DNA of 64,000 nt from Octopus bimaculoides (GCF_001194135.2 NC_068987.1:80240095-80304094); one strand, 5' to 3'; shown: positions 54,511-62,590, counted from the stretch's first letter. The notes: generated by a model from the sequence alone, not told the origin. Program-made: numbers and translations.

Positions 54511-55617
54511 TGTGTAAGATACTGGAGGAGCTGACACCAAACTTTGGAATTGGGAGTTATACCAGACCTCGAACTGGACATCACTTCACAGTTCCAAAGT
54601 CTCAGCTGTCCTATCTAAGGTAAAGATCATGTACAGCAATAGCGTGGAATTCAAAGGCCTACAGCTATTTAACGCCTTGCCAAAACATCTGAGTGATCTC
54701 TATGGAAACATTTGAGTGATCACTATGGAAACATCTGAGTGATCTCTATGGAAACATCTGAGTGATCACTATGGAAACATCTGAGTGATCTCTATGGAAA
54801 CATCTGAGTGATCACTATGGAAGCATCTGAGTGATCTTTATGGAAACAGATTGACCTCTTGCTATCCAAGATACCACTTGAACCAATATCAAGGCAGGAA
54901 ACTGAAAAGAGGGCAGCAGTGTCGAACTCCTTCCTTCACCAAAAGCTAGTCACATAGAATTGGCCAATTAAAAGGTGATTACACAGGTGGTGTTCCAGTA
55001 TGGCCATAGCCTTAGGGCTGAAACATATAATTGAATAATATATATATATATATTATTCAATTATATTCAATTATATATATATATATATATANNNNNNNNN
55101 NNNNNNNNNNNNNNNNNNNNNNNNNNNNNNNNNNNNNNNNNNNNNNNNNNNNNNNNNNNNNNNNNNNNNNNNNNNNNNNNNNNNNNNNNNNTACGTTCTG
55201 AATGTGAACGTTTACATTTTTTTTTTACTAGGATAAATGTCTGTCCGTCCTATCAGTTCTTCTTAGTCTAATGTTATATTAATGCACGAGTTACAACATC
55301 AAAAACTCAACTTTGACTATTATCCCTGATCATATCAGTCAACTAAATAATTTCTTTTGATATTCCATATCACTTAAATGTTACTCTTCTTTGTTGATGC
55401 TTCATTGTAGATGAAACCGTTTTCTTAAAATACATACACACACACATACATGTATGCGTATATATGTGTCTGTGTGAATCTGTGCGGATGTATCTGTGTG
55501 TATGAATGTATGTATATATATATGTATTTATATATGTATGGATGTAAGTATAAACGTGTATGTACATATATATGAAGTTATATAAATTTATGTATATATA
55601 CACAGACTCACATATAT

Positions 55618-55649
<32 letters not shown>

Positions 55650-58600
55650 CTATATATATATATATTTATATATATATATATATGTTGAAGAGTGGGTGGC
55701 AAAATATTAATGACTGTTAGCTATGTGTACCTAGGACGAGGCAGAGAATGCCCGTTGGCGAGTGAGTTTCTCTCCACTGGAGACAGAAAATAAATCAGAC
55801 CTTTAGCAGGAGAAAATAGAGATACTTATATTTGAAAGAGAATGTGAGAGCGAGAGATAGAGAGAGAGAGAGGGAGTAAAAGAGAATGAAAAATAATGTT
55901 TAGTAGTGACTAGGAAACAACGTTTTAGAGAATTAGATTAGTTATTATGCAAAATTGAGGGAGACGGTTCATCTAAGTGATTAACGTTATTTTGAAACGA
56001 AATTTTTTAACACAACAGATATCGATCAATTGATCTATCGTTTGATCTATGAAAGACAGAGAGATAGATAAGTAGACAGATAGGTAGATAAATAGATAGA
56101 CAGACAGATAAGTAGATAGATAGATAGATAGATAGGTAGGTAGGTAGGTAGGTAGGTAGGTAGATAGATGGATAGATGGATCGAGCGATCGATCGATACT
56201 AAATTCATGTGAAGAAAAATGTATGGAGAACAATTTTGGGCTTAACTTTATTTACCCTCGTGAGAATTTTCAATCTAACTCTCTTAAGGAAATGTCACCA
56301 ACAATGACTTTGTGCTTATAAAGGGCAAAGCTAAAGTTATTCAATAAAGANNNNNNNNNNNNNNNNNNNNNNNNNNNNNNNNNNNNNNNNNNNNNNNNNN
56401 NNNNNNNNNNNNNNNNNNNNNNNNNNNNNNNNNNNNNNNNNNNNNNNNNNNNNNNNNNNNNNNNNNNNNNNNNNNNNNNNNNNNNNNNNNNNNNNNNNNN
56501 NNNNNNNNNNNNNNNNNNNNNNNNNNNNNNNNNNNNNNNNNNNNNNNNNNNNNNNNNNNNNNNNNNNNNNNNNNNNNNNNNNNNNNNNNNNNNNNNNNNN
56601 NNNNNNNNNNNNNNNNNNNNNNNNNNNNNNNNNNNNNNNNNNNNNNNNNNNNNNNNNNNNNNNNNNNNNNNNNNNNNNNNNNNNNNNNNNNNNNNNNNNN
56701 NNNNNNNNNNNNNNNNNNNNNNNNNNNNNNNNNNNNNNNNNNNNNNNNNNNNNNNNNNNNNNNNNNNNNNNNNNNNNNNNNNNNNNNNNNNNNNNNNNNN
56801 NNNNNNNNNNNNNNNNNNNNNNNNNNNNNNNNNNNNNNNNNNNNNNNNNNNNNNNNNNNNNNNNNNNNNNNNNNNNNNNNNNNNNNNNNNNNNNNNNNNN
56901 NNNNNNNNNNNNNNNNNNNNNNNNNNNNNNNNNNNNNNNNNNNNNNNNNNNNNNNNNNNNNNNNNNNNNNNNNNNNNNNNNNNNNNNNNNNNNNNNNNCG
57001 TAGCCGTGGCTGTGTGGTAAGAAGCTTGCTCCCCAACCAAATGGTTTCGAATTCAGTCCCAAAGCGTGGTACCTTGGGCAAGTGTTTTTTTACTATAGCC
57101 TCATGCCGACCAAAGCCTTGTGAGTGGATATAGTAGAGAGAAACTGAATGAAACCCGTCGTATATATATATATATATATATATATTCTCTTATTCCTTTC
57201 TGTTGAAGAGCGTAGGCTCGAAACGTAAAATACTTTTTCATTCTCCCCGAGCGTCAAACTAATACACAGGCTTGTTATTCATACACCTGTCTTCGTCTTT
57301 TGTTTTTCTATGTTTCAACTATGTGTGTGTGTATCTTTGTGTGAGTGTATTCGTGTATGTGTTTGTACCCCACCATCGCTTAGCAATCGGTGTTAGTGCG
57401 TTCATGTTCTCGTAACTTAGCGCTTCGGCAAAAAAGAACCGGTAGAATAAGTACTGGGTTTAAAAAGATATGTTTAGCGGTATTTCGTTCTGAGTTCAAA
57501 TTCTGCCGAGGTGATTTTGCCTTTCATCCTTTCGAGGTCGATAAATTAAGTACTAGTTACGTACTGGGGTCAATGTAATCGACTTACTCCCCTTGTCTGT
57601 CCTTGTTTGTCCCCTCTATGTTTAGCTCCATGTGGGCAGTAAAGAAATAAGAAACGTTAGCACACCAGGTGAAATGCTTAGCGGTATTTCGTCTGCCACT
57701 GCGTTCTGAGTTCAAATTCCGCCGAGGTCGACTTTGCCTTTCATCCTTTCGGGGTCGATAATTTAAGTACCAGTTACGCACTGGGGTCGATATAATCGAC
57801 TTAATCCGTTTGTCTGTCCTTGTTTGTCCCCTCTGTGTGTAGCCCCTTGTGGGCAGTAAAGAAATAGGTATTTCGTCTATTTTCACGTTCTGAGTTCAAA
57901 TTCCACCGAGGTCGACTTTGCCTGTCATCTTTTCGGGGTCGATAAATTAAGTACTGGAGTTGTTCTAATCGACTGGCCCCTCCCCCAAAGTTTCGGGCCT
58001 TGTGCCTAGAGTAGAAAAGAATACTTACCCGCGAAGGAGGGATTTCAACGAACGTAAAAGTTTCGTTCCACTCTGGTGACGAGCATTCCAAAATTGTTGT
58101 GGTTTCGAAAACTTGTGATTCACTATAAAAGAAGAAAAATGATTAACACTTTGATGATGATGTTTATTTAACGCTTAAATAAGATTTTTCAAAAATCTAG
58201 AGAAGTAATGCGACGCTTTTTAATTTAATCATATTTACATTGTAAATAAACACATGTCTACAATTTGGTAAATACATCTGATAAGCAATAGAATAATTTA
58301 GAAAATAATAGAAGACCACTACACTTTGCTCTTTTTTAGATTTAATTGTTTCAGCCATTAGACTGTGACCAAGCTGGGGCATCACCTTCAACAATTTTAA
58401 TCAAGCGAATCAACCCCAGTATGTAAGTCTGGAAGTTATTCTAGAGGTTTCCTTTGGTAAACCGCATAATTACGGAAGCGTAAACGCGCCAGCACAGTTT
58501 GTCAAGCGGAGGTTGGGACAAAGGCAGAAACAAGCACACACACACTGAAGCTTAGTACGACTTGAAATAGTTTCAATGAGGAATCAAAACTAAGAATTGC

Positions 58601-61600
58601 TTTCTCTGACCACTAGGAAATGAACTTCTTCTATACGGTATTCTTCTCGTTTAGTTATCATGGATTATCTTTCTGTTTACTGGAGACAGAGCTTTGCAGA
58701 CTTGGTGATGTTGGGGTTGTTATCTTGCCCCATTAGCATTAAAGAAGTAACTGAATTTCGTTGCAGCAGAGAAATTTGATTTGCTTCAATTTAACCGACT
58801 ATTTAGCAGTGATTTCTTATCCTCAGGCGAAAAAGGCATACTTTTACAAAAGACGATATATAACAATGCGTGGAATTCTTTTTCTTTTTCAAGATGATTA
58901 TTGTCTAACACGGAGGGTTTCCAGCCCGAGGTGCCTGAAACCCCTGCAGGTGTAAAATAGTGTCTCCTGCGGTAAGCGGGAAAGTGTATATTTTATTAAA
59001 ACATGTTTCCAGAATAGAATTATTAACCCTTGAAAATATATTTATCTATTAGTCACACCAAGAATTTTATTAGTCTACATGTATAGTTTTAACTCTTCAC
59101 TCTCTCAGACCTAGGCCTTTGTGTCAAACTTTACCTTCCACCTGGGTTCCTGAGCAAAAAAAAATAATAATAAATAGAATAGAATAATAGATTGTTGTTC
59201 TTGTTGGCACTCCGTCGCTTACGACGTCGAGAGTTCCAGTTGATCCGATCAACGGAACAGCCTGCTCGTGAAATTAACTTGCAAGTAGCTGAGCACTCCA
59301 CAGACACGTGTACCCTTAACGTAGTTCTCGGGGATATTCAGCGTGACACAGTGTGACAAGGCTGGCCCTTTGAAATACGGGTACAACAGAAACAGGAAGA
59401 AAGAGTGAGAGAAAGTTGTGGTGAAAGAGTACAACAGGGTTCGCCACCATCCCCTGCCGGAGCCTCGTGGAGCATTAGGTGTTTTCGCTCAATGAACACT
59501 CACAACGCCCGGTCTGAGAATCGAAACCGCGATCCTATGACCGCGAGTCCGCTGCCCTAACCACTGGGCCATTGCGCCTCCACATAAATAGATTAGTCAT
59601 TATAAAATTAGCTGTTCCTTCTTTTAATATTAAGTTAATTTTTTTGTAGAGGATTCTAAAATTAATCCAAATCTTCCTCGAAGTGTGGGTCATAGAAATA
59701 GTTGGCAACCACTGGACAAACATGAAATAAAATTATTAGAATTGGAATATAAACCGCTTCACTTTGACTCTATTTTGACTAACCTAACATTGCAACACTC
59801 ACTACTTACCTATGTCACTGTTGAGATATTTTCTGCAACAAATAATCGATTTCTTTAGACATTTGTTTACGTTTAACTAAATAAGAGAAAACACAAAACA
59901 ATAGTTTTGTCTTAACAGAAAAAAATAATTACTTTCTTTTGGGTAGCAAATGTAGCATAGCAACAGGGTTAGGTATTTTTCTTTCGGGTTTCTCTGGAGG
60001 AACTAAATTTGTCACTTTTATTAAAGTCACAAATAATTTCATTTGTTCTGGTTTGTAGTTAAGTTTCATTTGTAGACGCCCCGTGATCAAGCGTGTAGTA
60101 TCCTTCTTTATCTCCAACTGAAAAGGAAATAAATTGTTTCAAATGGATGAATTTTTCATTCAACTTCCCTTTGGAATACACACAAAAATACAAAGTTATT
60201 TTTAGTAAATTTCGTTTCATTCAGAATCTTCTTACGAAAAGTGTCTTTACATCTATTGGAGATATAAGACTGGAAATTACTGAAATCTATGATTGATGGA
60301 TTAGTTTATTCCTTATAGATTAGCTGATAATTAAATATAAAAATTAAGAATAACAGTTGATACAATATATTTAACAATTTTAAAGTCGATGATTCAGCCT
60401 AGACTGGCATATGAATAAAGGAAACAATATATCAAATTTGATTGGTGTAAAGTCACTATAACCATTAAATTAGCAGTAAGTCTAAATTCTATTCTTGATG
60501 TAAAACTTACCGGGGTTTTCGGAAGTATTCTCTTTTTCCGCCGTACTCCAAAACTTTCGAATTCCTTGTTTGTTGACTGCGTCAACTCCATATCCGTTGT
60601 GTCTAGAATATTTAAATATTTGGTTAGGTTTTAAATACGTTTTATCATTTATAGCAACTTTTATTGATTTTTACCAAGAAAAGCCTTCGAAATATTTAAA
60701 CATCCACTCTACTATTTGAAGATAAAAATAGCCAAAGTAATTTTTTCAATGTGTATCTGCTTCTGTAAACGTTTATTTGGTATGTTTGTTGTTTTAAAAT
60801 AGCCATTTTTGTGGCATTACGGTGTGATTTAGCTCAATTGCAGTCAAAATAATAATAGCACTATTTGCTATCATTCCTATTTTTCCGAAATACAAATATA
60901 GTCTTAAAAAATGTGATATTTAACTAAAAAGTTCAAAGATGTACGATTAGAAACGATTTTCTGCCTTATTTTTTCAAACAATATGGCTGCCTTCAGAATT
61001 TCTCAAATTTAATTCCAAATGCCTCATGGTATGAGTATGTTCTGCAGGTTAGATGTGATATTGTTAACACAATGTAGTGAGTTAGTAGAAAGTGACATTT
61101 CACGTGTAGTAAGAGAAAAAGACATAAGTGCTATTGAAAATTGTTATTAAGAAGAAAAGGGAGCATACTCCATTGATTAAACTGACAATAAGTTGATGTG
61201 TAATATGTTATCGCTTGCTCTACTAGAATTCTGCTAGGAATATTTACGAGAAATTGCATTACTTAACTCCGGCCTGAAGTAAATTACTTAATCCAGATTA
61301 GTTGGTAGGATGTTTTTGGAAAACGACAGTCATCATTTGTATCCTTCTGTCATTGACACAACGTTCTGTCCGCAGCTAAGATATTTTATCTTAACAAGTG
61401 ATCCAATTAGTCCACTAAACCGAAAATACGCGCCCTAAGAATAATAAGTAGATGCTCACAACAGTGGGAGCAATAAGAAAATGATAGGTGGGCAAAGCTG
61501 ATTAGTCTCAATTCAAATCTTCATGTGACGCTGTAAAAGTCACACCAGCACTCAGTCGTGACCAAAGTAATCCAGCCGTTGTTGAAAGCATTATTTCAAT

Positions 61601-62590
61601 TTAGACTCTAGAAATGATTATATGTGTGATATCGAATGTACCAGAGCCCATTCAAAGATAAACACATGAATCGCAGGCAACCATACTGGTTGCCAATGGA
61701 CAAACCATTGTGACAAACCTTACTGTTGTCTGAGCGGTTTGATGCACATGAGTCATGAAAAAGTAATCTAGTTCTTTATTAATTAGACTGTTTGATATTT
61801 TTTCTGTCTCATGCAGACACATTGCAATATTATGAACAGACAAATAAAAATATTGTAGCAATACGTATTCTGTACTTTATATCATATTATATATATTATA
61901 ATTATATTTATTTTAACACGTTAATGCACACTCAAAGTTGGAAACACTTTTACTCCGAAAACAGTCTCCTTATAGACAATATATGTAAAAACACACAACT
62001 AGGCGATGAATGAGGTCATAGGAATATATAACGTGTTTCTGCGTCGTTACTCTTCGTTAGCTATAGACACCGGATCAGTCGTTCGCACACAATTACTGCG
62101 CTTATATTTATATAGCATACAATAAATGTTTTGATGTGTGCAAAGCTTTTTCAAATTGTAATCAATTCAAGGCACATTAAGTAGCGATGATTAAAGTATA
62201 GATATGTAGAGGTATATTTAATACGTACGTGTACATGTGGTATTTTATATAAATATTTATAAATATTGTTTGTTTGTTTTGTTTACCTAAAATCAAACTT
62301 CCATTTAAAAATATTTATCACCTATAATTCTCAGAAAGCTCTCTACGGATAATGTTAAAATATTTTGAATAATACAAACATTTCAGTACATAAAACATAA
62401 AAGGTATTAGCAGTCTAATATCGTGAATGTAACTTTAATAATTTCATACAAATAAAATCTTCTGAGATCATTCATATATACTGTAAAATTCAGGTGCGCA
62501 TTAATCGAATGTATTTAAAATCAGATATTACCTGCTCTTTGGAATTTTTCCCGTCTTGATGCCGCAGTCGGAGCAACGGTTTCCTCTTCA
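19857..62590 (-). CDS. Fife: Spliced gene, 5' end outside window: RIM/Piccolo-family presynaptic active-zone protein with C2A and C2B, Fife/Clarinet-like (likely auto-annotated RIMS-like or piccolo-like)
   Basis: 12 exons, all GT-AG with matching phases: 62590-62532, 60602-60511, 60117-59933, 58122-58029, 47079-46719, 42531-42445, 31861-31733, 29444-29354, 23066-22978, 21920-21807, 21213-21071, 20024-19857. Total 1612 nt, about 536 aa. C2A (GRLQMKL...PEWNETF...LEITLW...FIGEV...WY), GPGQI pre-C2B motif, C2B (GQLEI...TYVKTYL...KKKT...KYSACNALGR...VW...GWYQLF). Family is solid; Fife versus RIM is a judgement from remembered C2B features. Further exons could lie in N-gaps. Confidence 0.85.
20324..20577 (-). 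mobile_element. tRNA-headed SINE-like element with a Penelope-type minimal hammerhead ribozyme tail
   Basis: A box TGGCGTAGTGG, B box GAGTTCGATTCC, (AAT)n spacer, hammerhead motif at 20419-20374, short tgtaaataa tandem tail. Confidence 0.7.
20374..20419 (-). ncRNA. Minimal hammerhead ribozyme motif
   Basis: GACAC-CUGAAGA-A-GGCUG(10 nt)CAGCC-GAAA-UG-UU^-GUGUU: core, stem II and stem I all present. Confidence 0.65.
21071..21213 (-). CDS. C2B exon 2 (1 in, 0 out): ETYVKTYLMQGNKTMQKKKTSVNKEGVNPSYREKIKYSACNALGRHLK
   Basis: Acceptor ctttttctatttgaaag, donor AAG|gtgaaa. Contains YVK.YL...KKKT...P.Y. Confidence 0.92.
21807..21920 (-). CDS. C2B exon 1 (1 in, 1 out): GDETKGCMKLGFIVTKGQLEISVITAHGLSRPDKSVPQ
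   Basis: Acceptor tttttgtctctgtag, donor AAG|gtaaaa. KGQLEI..I.A.GL is typical of RIM/Fife C2B. Too short for the ORF track. Confidence 0.92.
22466..22844 (-). mobile_element. SINE family C, full length
   Basis: Same sequence; flanking duplication ataaatacacat on both sides. Confidence 0.9.
22978..23066 (-). CDS. Pre-C2B exon (2 in, 1 out): STQTSPLLQHIHNVPELPCQGPGQIEAVQP
   Basis: Acceptor cactctctttcag, donor CAG|gtaagt. GPGQI corresponds to the RIM GPAQL motif before C2B. Confidence 0.85.
23997..24950 (-). mobile_element. 5'-truncated CR1/L2-type LINE (RT C-terminus, 3' UTR, poly-A), frameshifted
   Basis: FNAEKFQAL...VRDLGI...SSLDYCS.LWSP...LEALQRSFTK...LSYWERLK.L.L.SLERRRERY..IYIWKIL...GPQLFNILP..FK..LD.FL; ends in a stem-loop then an A-tract. 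Confidence 0.9.
25515..26810. mobile_element. Cluster of at least six family-B SINE units in both orientations
   Basis: Minus units 25515-26350, plus units 26400-26810. Confidence 0.8.
27495..27872 (-). mobile_element. SINE family A, diverged copy
   Basis: Reverse complement of the family-A tail (cttgtttcagtcattgaactgcggccatgctggag) through the head (ttaaccacatagcgatgcccacgcc). Confidence 0.8.
29160..29280 (-). CDS. Candidate alternative terminal exon (2 in): RYFVNSACVAAPELIEVPNPSSSPYCNQLHDNLQNAQNIT*
   Basis: Strong acceptor ttctttttcag 73 nt after the 29354 donor, in the correct phase. 39 sense codons then TGA; AATAAA at 28749-28744. Confidence 0.4.
29354..29444 (-). CDS. Linker exon (1 in, 2 out): PQLGDLATPLSQATSITSLHADTTSAELLR
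   Basis: Acceptor tttatcttcattacag, donor AG|gtaact. Supplies the phase change needed to join 31733 to 23066. Confidence 0.8.
31733..31861 (-). CDS. Linker exon (1 in, 1 out): DLHTLIVEDFSQPVNRSVSAGNVHTLDIKDYLLPSSLQNRGSA
   Basis: Acceptor gatacttgcag, donor C|gtaagt. 129 nt, open frame. Confidence 0.8.
31934..31963 (-). CDS. Candidate 30-nt symmetric microexon: EEGAAPPTIA
   Basis: Acceptor tttcattgtttag, weak donor CAG|gttatg. Frame-preserving; leaves a 72-nt intron before 31861. Confidence 0.35.
33850..34268 (-). mobile_element. Family-B SINE dimer
   Basis: Two units joined via the cttgtgggcagtaaagaaataagaaacgttagcac junction. Confidence 0.85.
34314..34374 (-). mobile_element. 3' tail of the same LINE family, running into an assembly gap
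   Basis: Near-identical to 24009-24068 (tgtagtttcagctcagagctgtggccatgctggagca...ctacactgttatt). Confidence 0.75.
36850..38290 (-). mobile_element. Possible heavily decayed LINE remnant
   Basis: GC-richer, non-microsatellite block with short coding-like remnants on the minus strand (e.g. PNQTPSI); no intact ORF. Confidence 0.3.
41865..42232 (-). mobile_element. Family-B SINE dimer with an internally deleted first unit
   Basis: Same junction type as 33850-34268. Confidence 0.8.
42445..42531 (-). CDS. Linker exon (1 in, 1 out): ARDKLDAPFGRISPLHSPASSEDSYIVQP
   Basis: Acceptor ttttattcttgcag, donor CAG|gtaaga. 87 nt, open frame. Confidence 0.8.
42883..42920 (-). ncRNA. Degenerate minimal hammerhead ribozyme (two core substitutions)
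   Basis: CUGU-CCGAUGA-ACG(GGAA)CGU-GAGA-CUC(C)GAG-UA^-ACAG: stems I, II and III pair; core U4C and GAAA to GAGA. Confidence 0.55.
44750..44858 (+). repeat. 34-bp unit x3.2, perfect tandem repeat
   Basis: ggctgatatttctagcaattccaatgacaacgta x3 + ggctgat. Confidence 0.95.
45743..46127 (-). mobile_element. SINE family C, full length
   Basis: Closely matches the 59199 copy; flanks ctactctttcgtg / ctactcttttgtg. Confidence 0.9.
46455..46684. mobile_element. ~230-bp fold-back (MITE-like) palindrome
   Basis: Outer arms ggaagatgtttataagccatttaaaa / ttttaaatggcttataaacaccttcc; inner perfect 21-bp stem 46538-46558 / 46578-46598. Confidence 0.85.
46719..47079 (-). CDS. C2A exon 3 plus linker (0 in, 1 out): FKSLTLEITLWSFNKSADDDFIGEVLMDLYDAPMDNQLIWYDLEDHDENSSPLP...HTKKSP
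   Basis: Acceptor cttaatttcag, donor G|gtaaga. 361 nt; matches the RIM-type LEITLW...GE...L..W Y.L..HD pattern. Confidence 0.93.
50551..50718. mobile_element. 168-bp MITE-like element with ~25-bp terminal inverted repeats
   Basis: ggatctatttcaaaacggggg ... cccccgttttaaaatagatcc; the same terminus opens a longer element at 42941. Confidence 0.75.
53695..54118 (+). mobile_element. SINE family A, full length (tRNA head, CORE-like ttgggcaaatgtcttctac, central TA/TG microsatellite, LINE-like stem-loop tail, poly-A)
   Basis: A box gtggctgtgtgg, B box ggttcagtccc, tail gcggtgctccagcatggccgcagtcaaatgactgaaac then A-tract. Confidence 0.9.
54505..55024 (+). mobile_element. 3' fragment of a related CR1/L2-type LINE with an internal minisatellite
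   Basis: CKILEELTPNFGIGSYTRPRTGHHFTVP and gaattcaaaggcctacagctatttaacgccttgcc parallel the 24 kb copy; same style of 3' tail. Confidence 0.8.
54686..54846 (+). repeat. 23-bp minisatellite, 7 units, with alternating variants (46-bp higher-order period)
   Basis: catctgagtgatc[t/a]ctatggaaa x7; variant order t,a,t,a,t,a,t. Confidence 0.95.
56999..57470 (+). mobile_element. SINE family A interrupted in its microsatellite by a hammerhead-bearing insert (~57185-57320)
   Basis: 5' half 56999-57160, (TA)n, insert, (TG)n, 3' half to ~57470, abutting family-B units. Confidence 0.75.
57197..57230 (+). ncRNA. Hammerhead-like motif in a short insert within a SINE microsatellite
   Basis: UUU-CUGUUGA-A-GAGC(GUAG)GCUC-GAAA-CG-UA^-AAA; core has A6U. 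Confidence 0.45.
57470..58020 (+). mobile_element. Family-B SINE trimer ending next to the C2A exon-2 donor
   Basis: Three head-to-tail units; last tail gtgcctagagtagaaaagaat abuts acttac (58023-58028). Confidence 0.85.
58029..58122 (-). CDS. C2A exon 2 (2 in, 0 out): NESQVFETTTILECSSPEWNETFTFVEIPPSR
   Basis: Acceptor ttttcttcttttatag, donor CGG|gtaagt. Contains the C2 P-x-WNETF motif. Confidence 0.9.
59199..59582 (-). mobile_element. SINE family C, full length (tRNA head, (CAA)n tail, target-site duplication)
   Basis: Head gtggaggcgcaatggcccagtggttagggcagcggactc...ggtttcgattc, tail gagtgccaacaagaacaac; flanks ataatagatt / ataaatagatt. Confidence 0.9.
59933..60117 (-). CDS. C2A exon 1 (0 in, 2 out): LEIKKDTTRLITGRLQMKLNYKPEQMKLFVTLIKVTNLVPPEKPERKIPNPVAMLHLLPKR
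   Basis: Acceptor tttatttccttttcag, donor AA|gtaatt. Aligns by eye with the RIM/Piccolo C2A N-terminal strands (G-x-L-x-x-K-L ... NP...LLP). Confidence 0.9.
60511..60602 (-). CDS. Internal exon (1 in, 0 out): DTTDMELTQSTNKEFESFGVRRKKRILPKTP
   Basis: Acceptor tattctag, donor CCG|gtaagt. 92 nt. Confidence 0.85.
62532..62590 (-). CDS. Internal exon (phase 2 in, 1 out): EEETVAPTAASRREKFQRA
   Basis: Acceptor ttcctttcattccag, donor CAG|gtaata. 59 nt; phase matches the next exon (G+AC = Asp). Confidence 0.7.

Noticed and set aside
44750-54846. 23-bp and 34-bp repeats as possible CRISPR arrays
   Set aside because: No unique spacers, eukaryotic context, no cas genes.
2119-55702. Many ORF-track entries rich in YI, HT, CV, N, I or L repeats
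   Set aside because: They are translations of (TA)n, (CA)n and (AAT)n microsatellites, not genes.
15833-57081. Long ORFs of 140-370 aa made mostly of X
   Set aside because: Artefacts of N-gaps lacking stop codons.
59500-59582. tRNA-like sequences (also heads of families A, B and the 20.5 kb element)
   Set aside because: A/B boxes are present but there is no complete acceptor stem and each runs into a SINE body; not functional tRNA genes.
61652-61861. 69-aa minus-strand ORF within the gene span
   Set aside because: No domain similarity or good splice pair; 62532 joins 60602 in frame without it.
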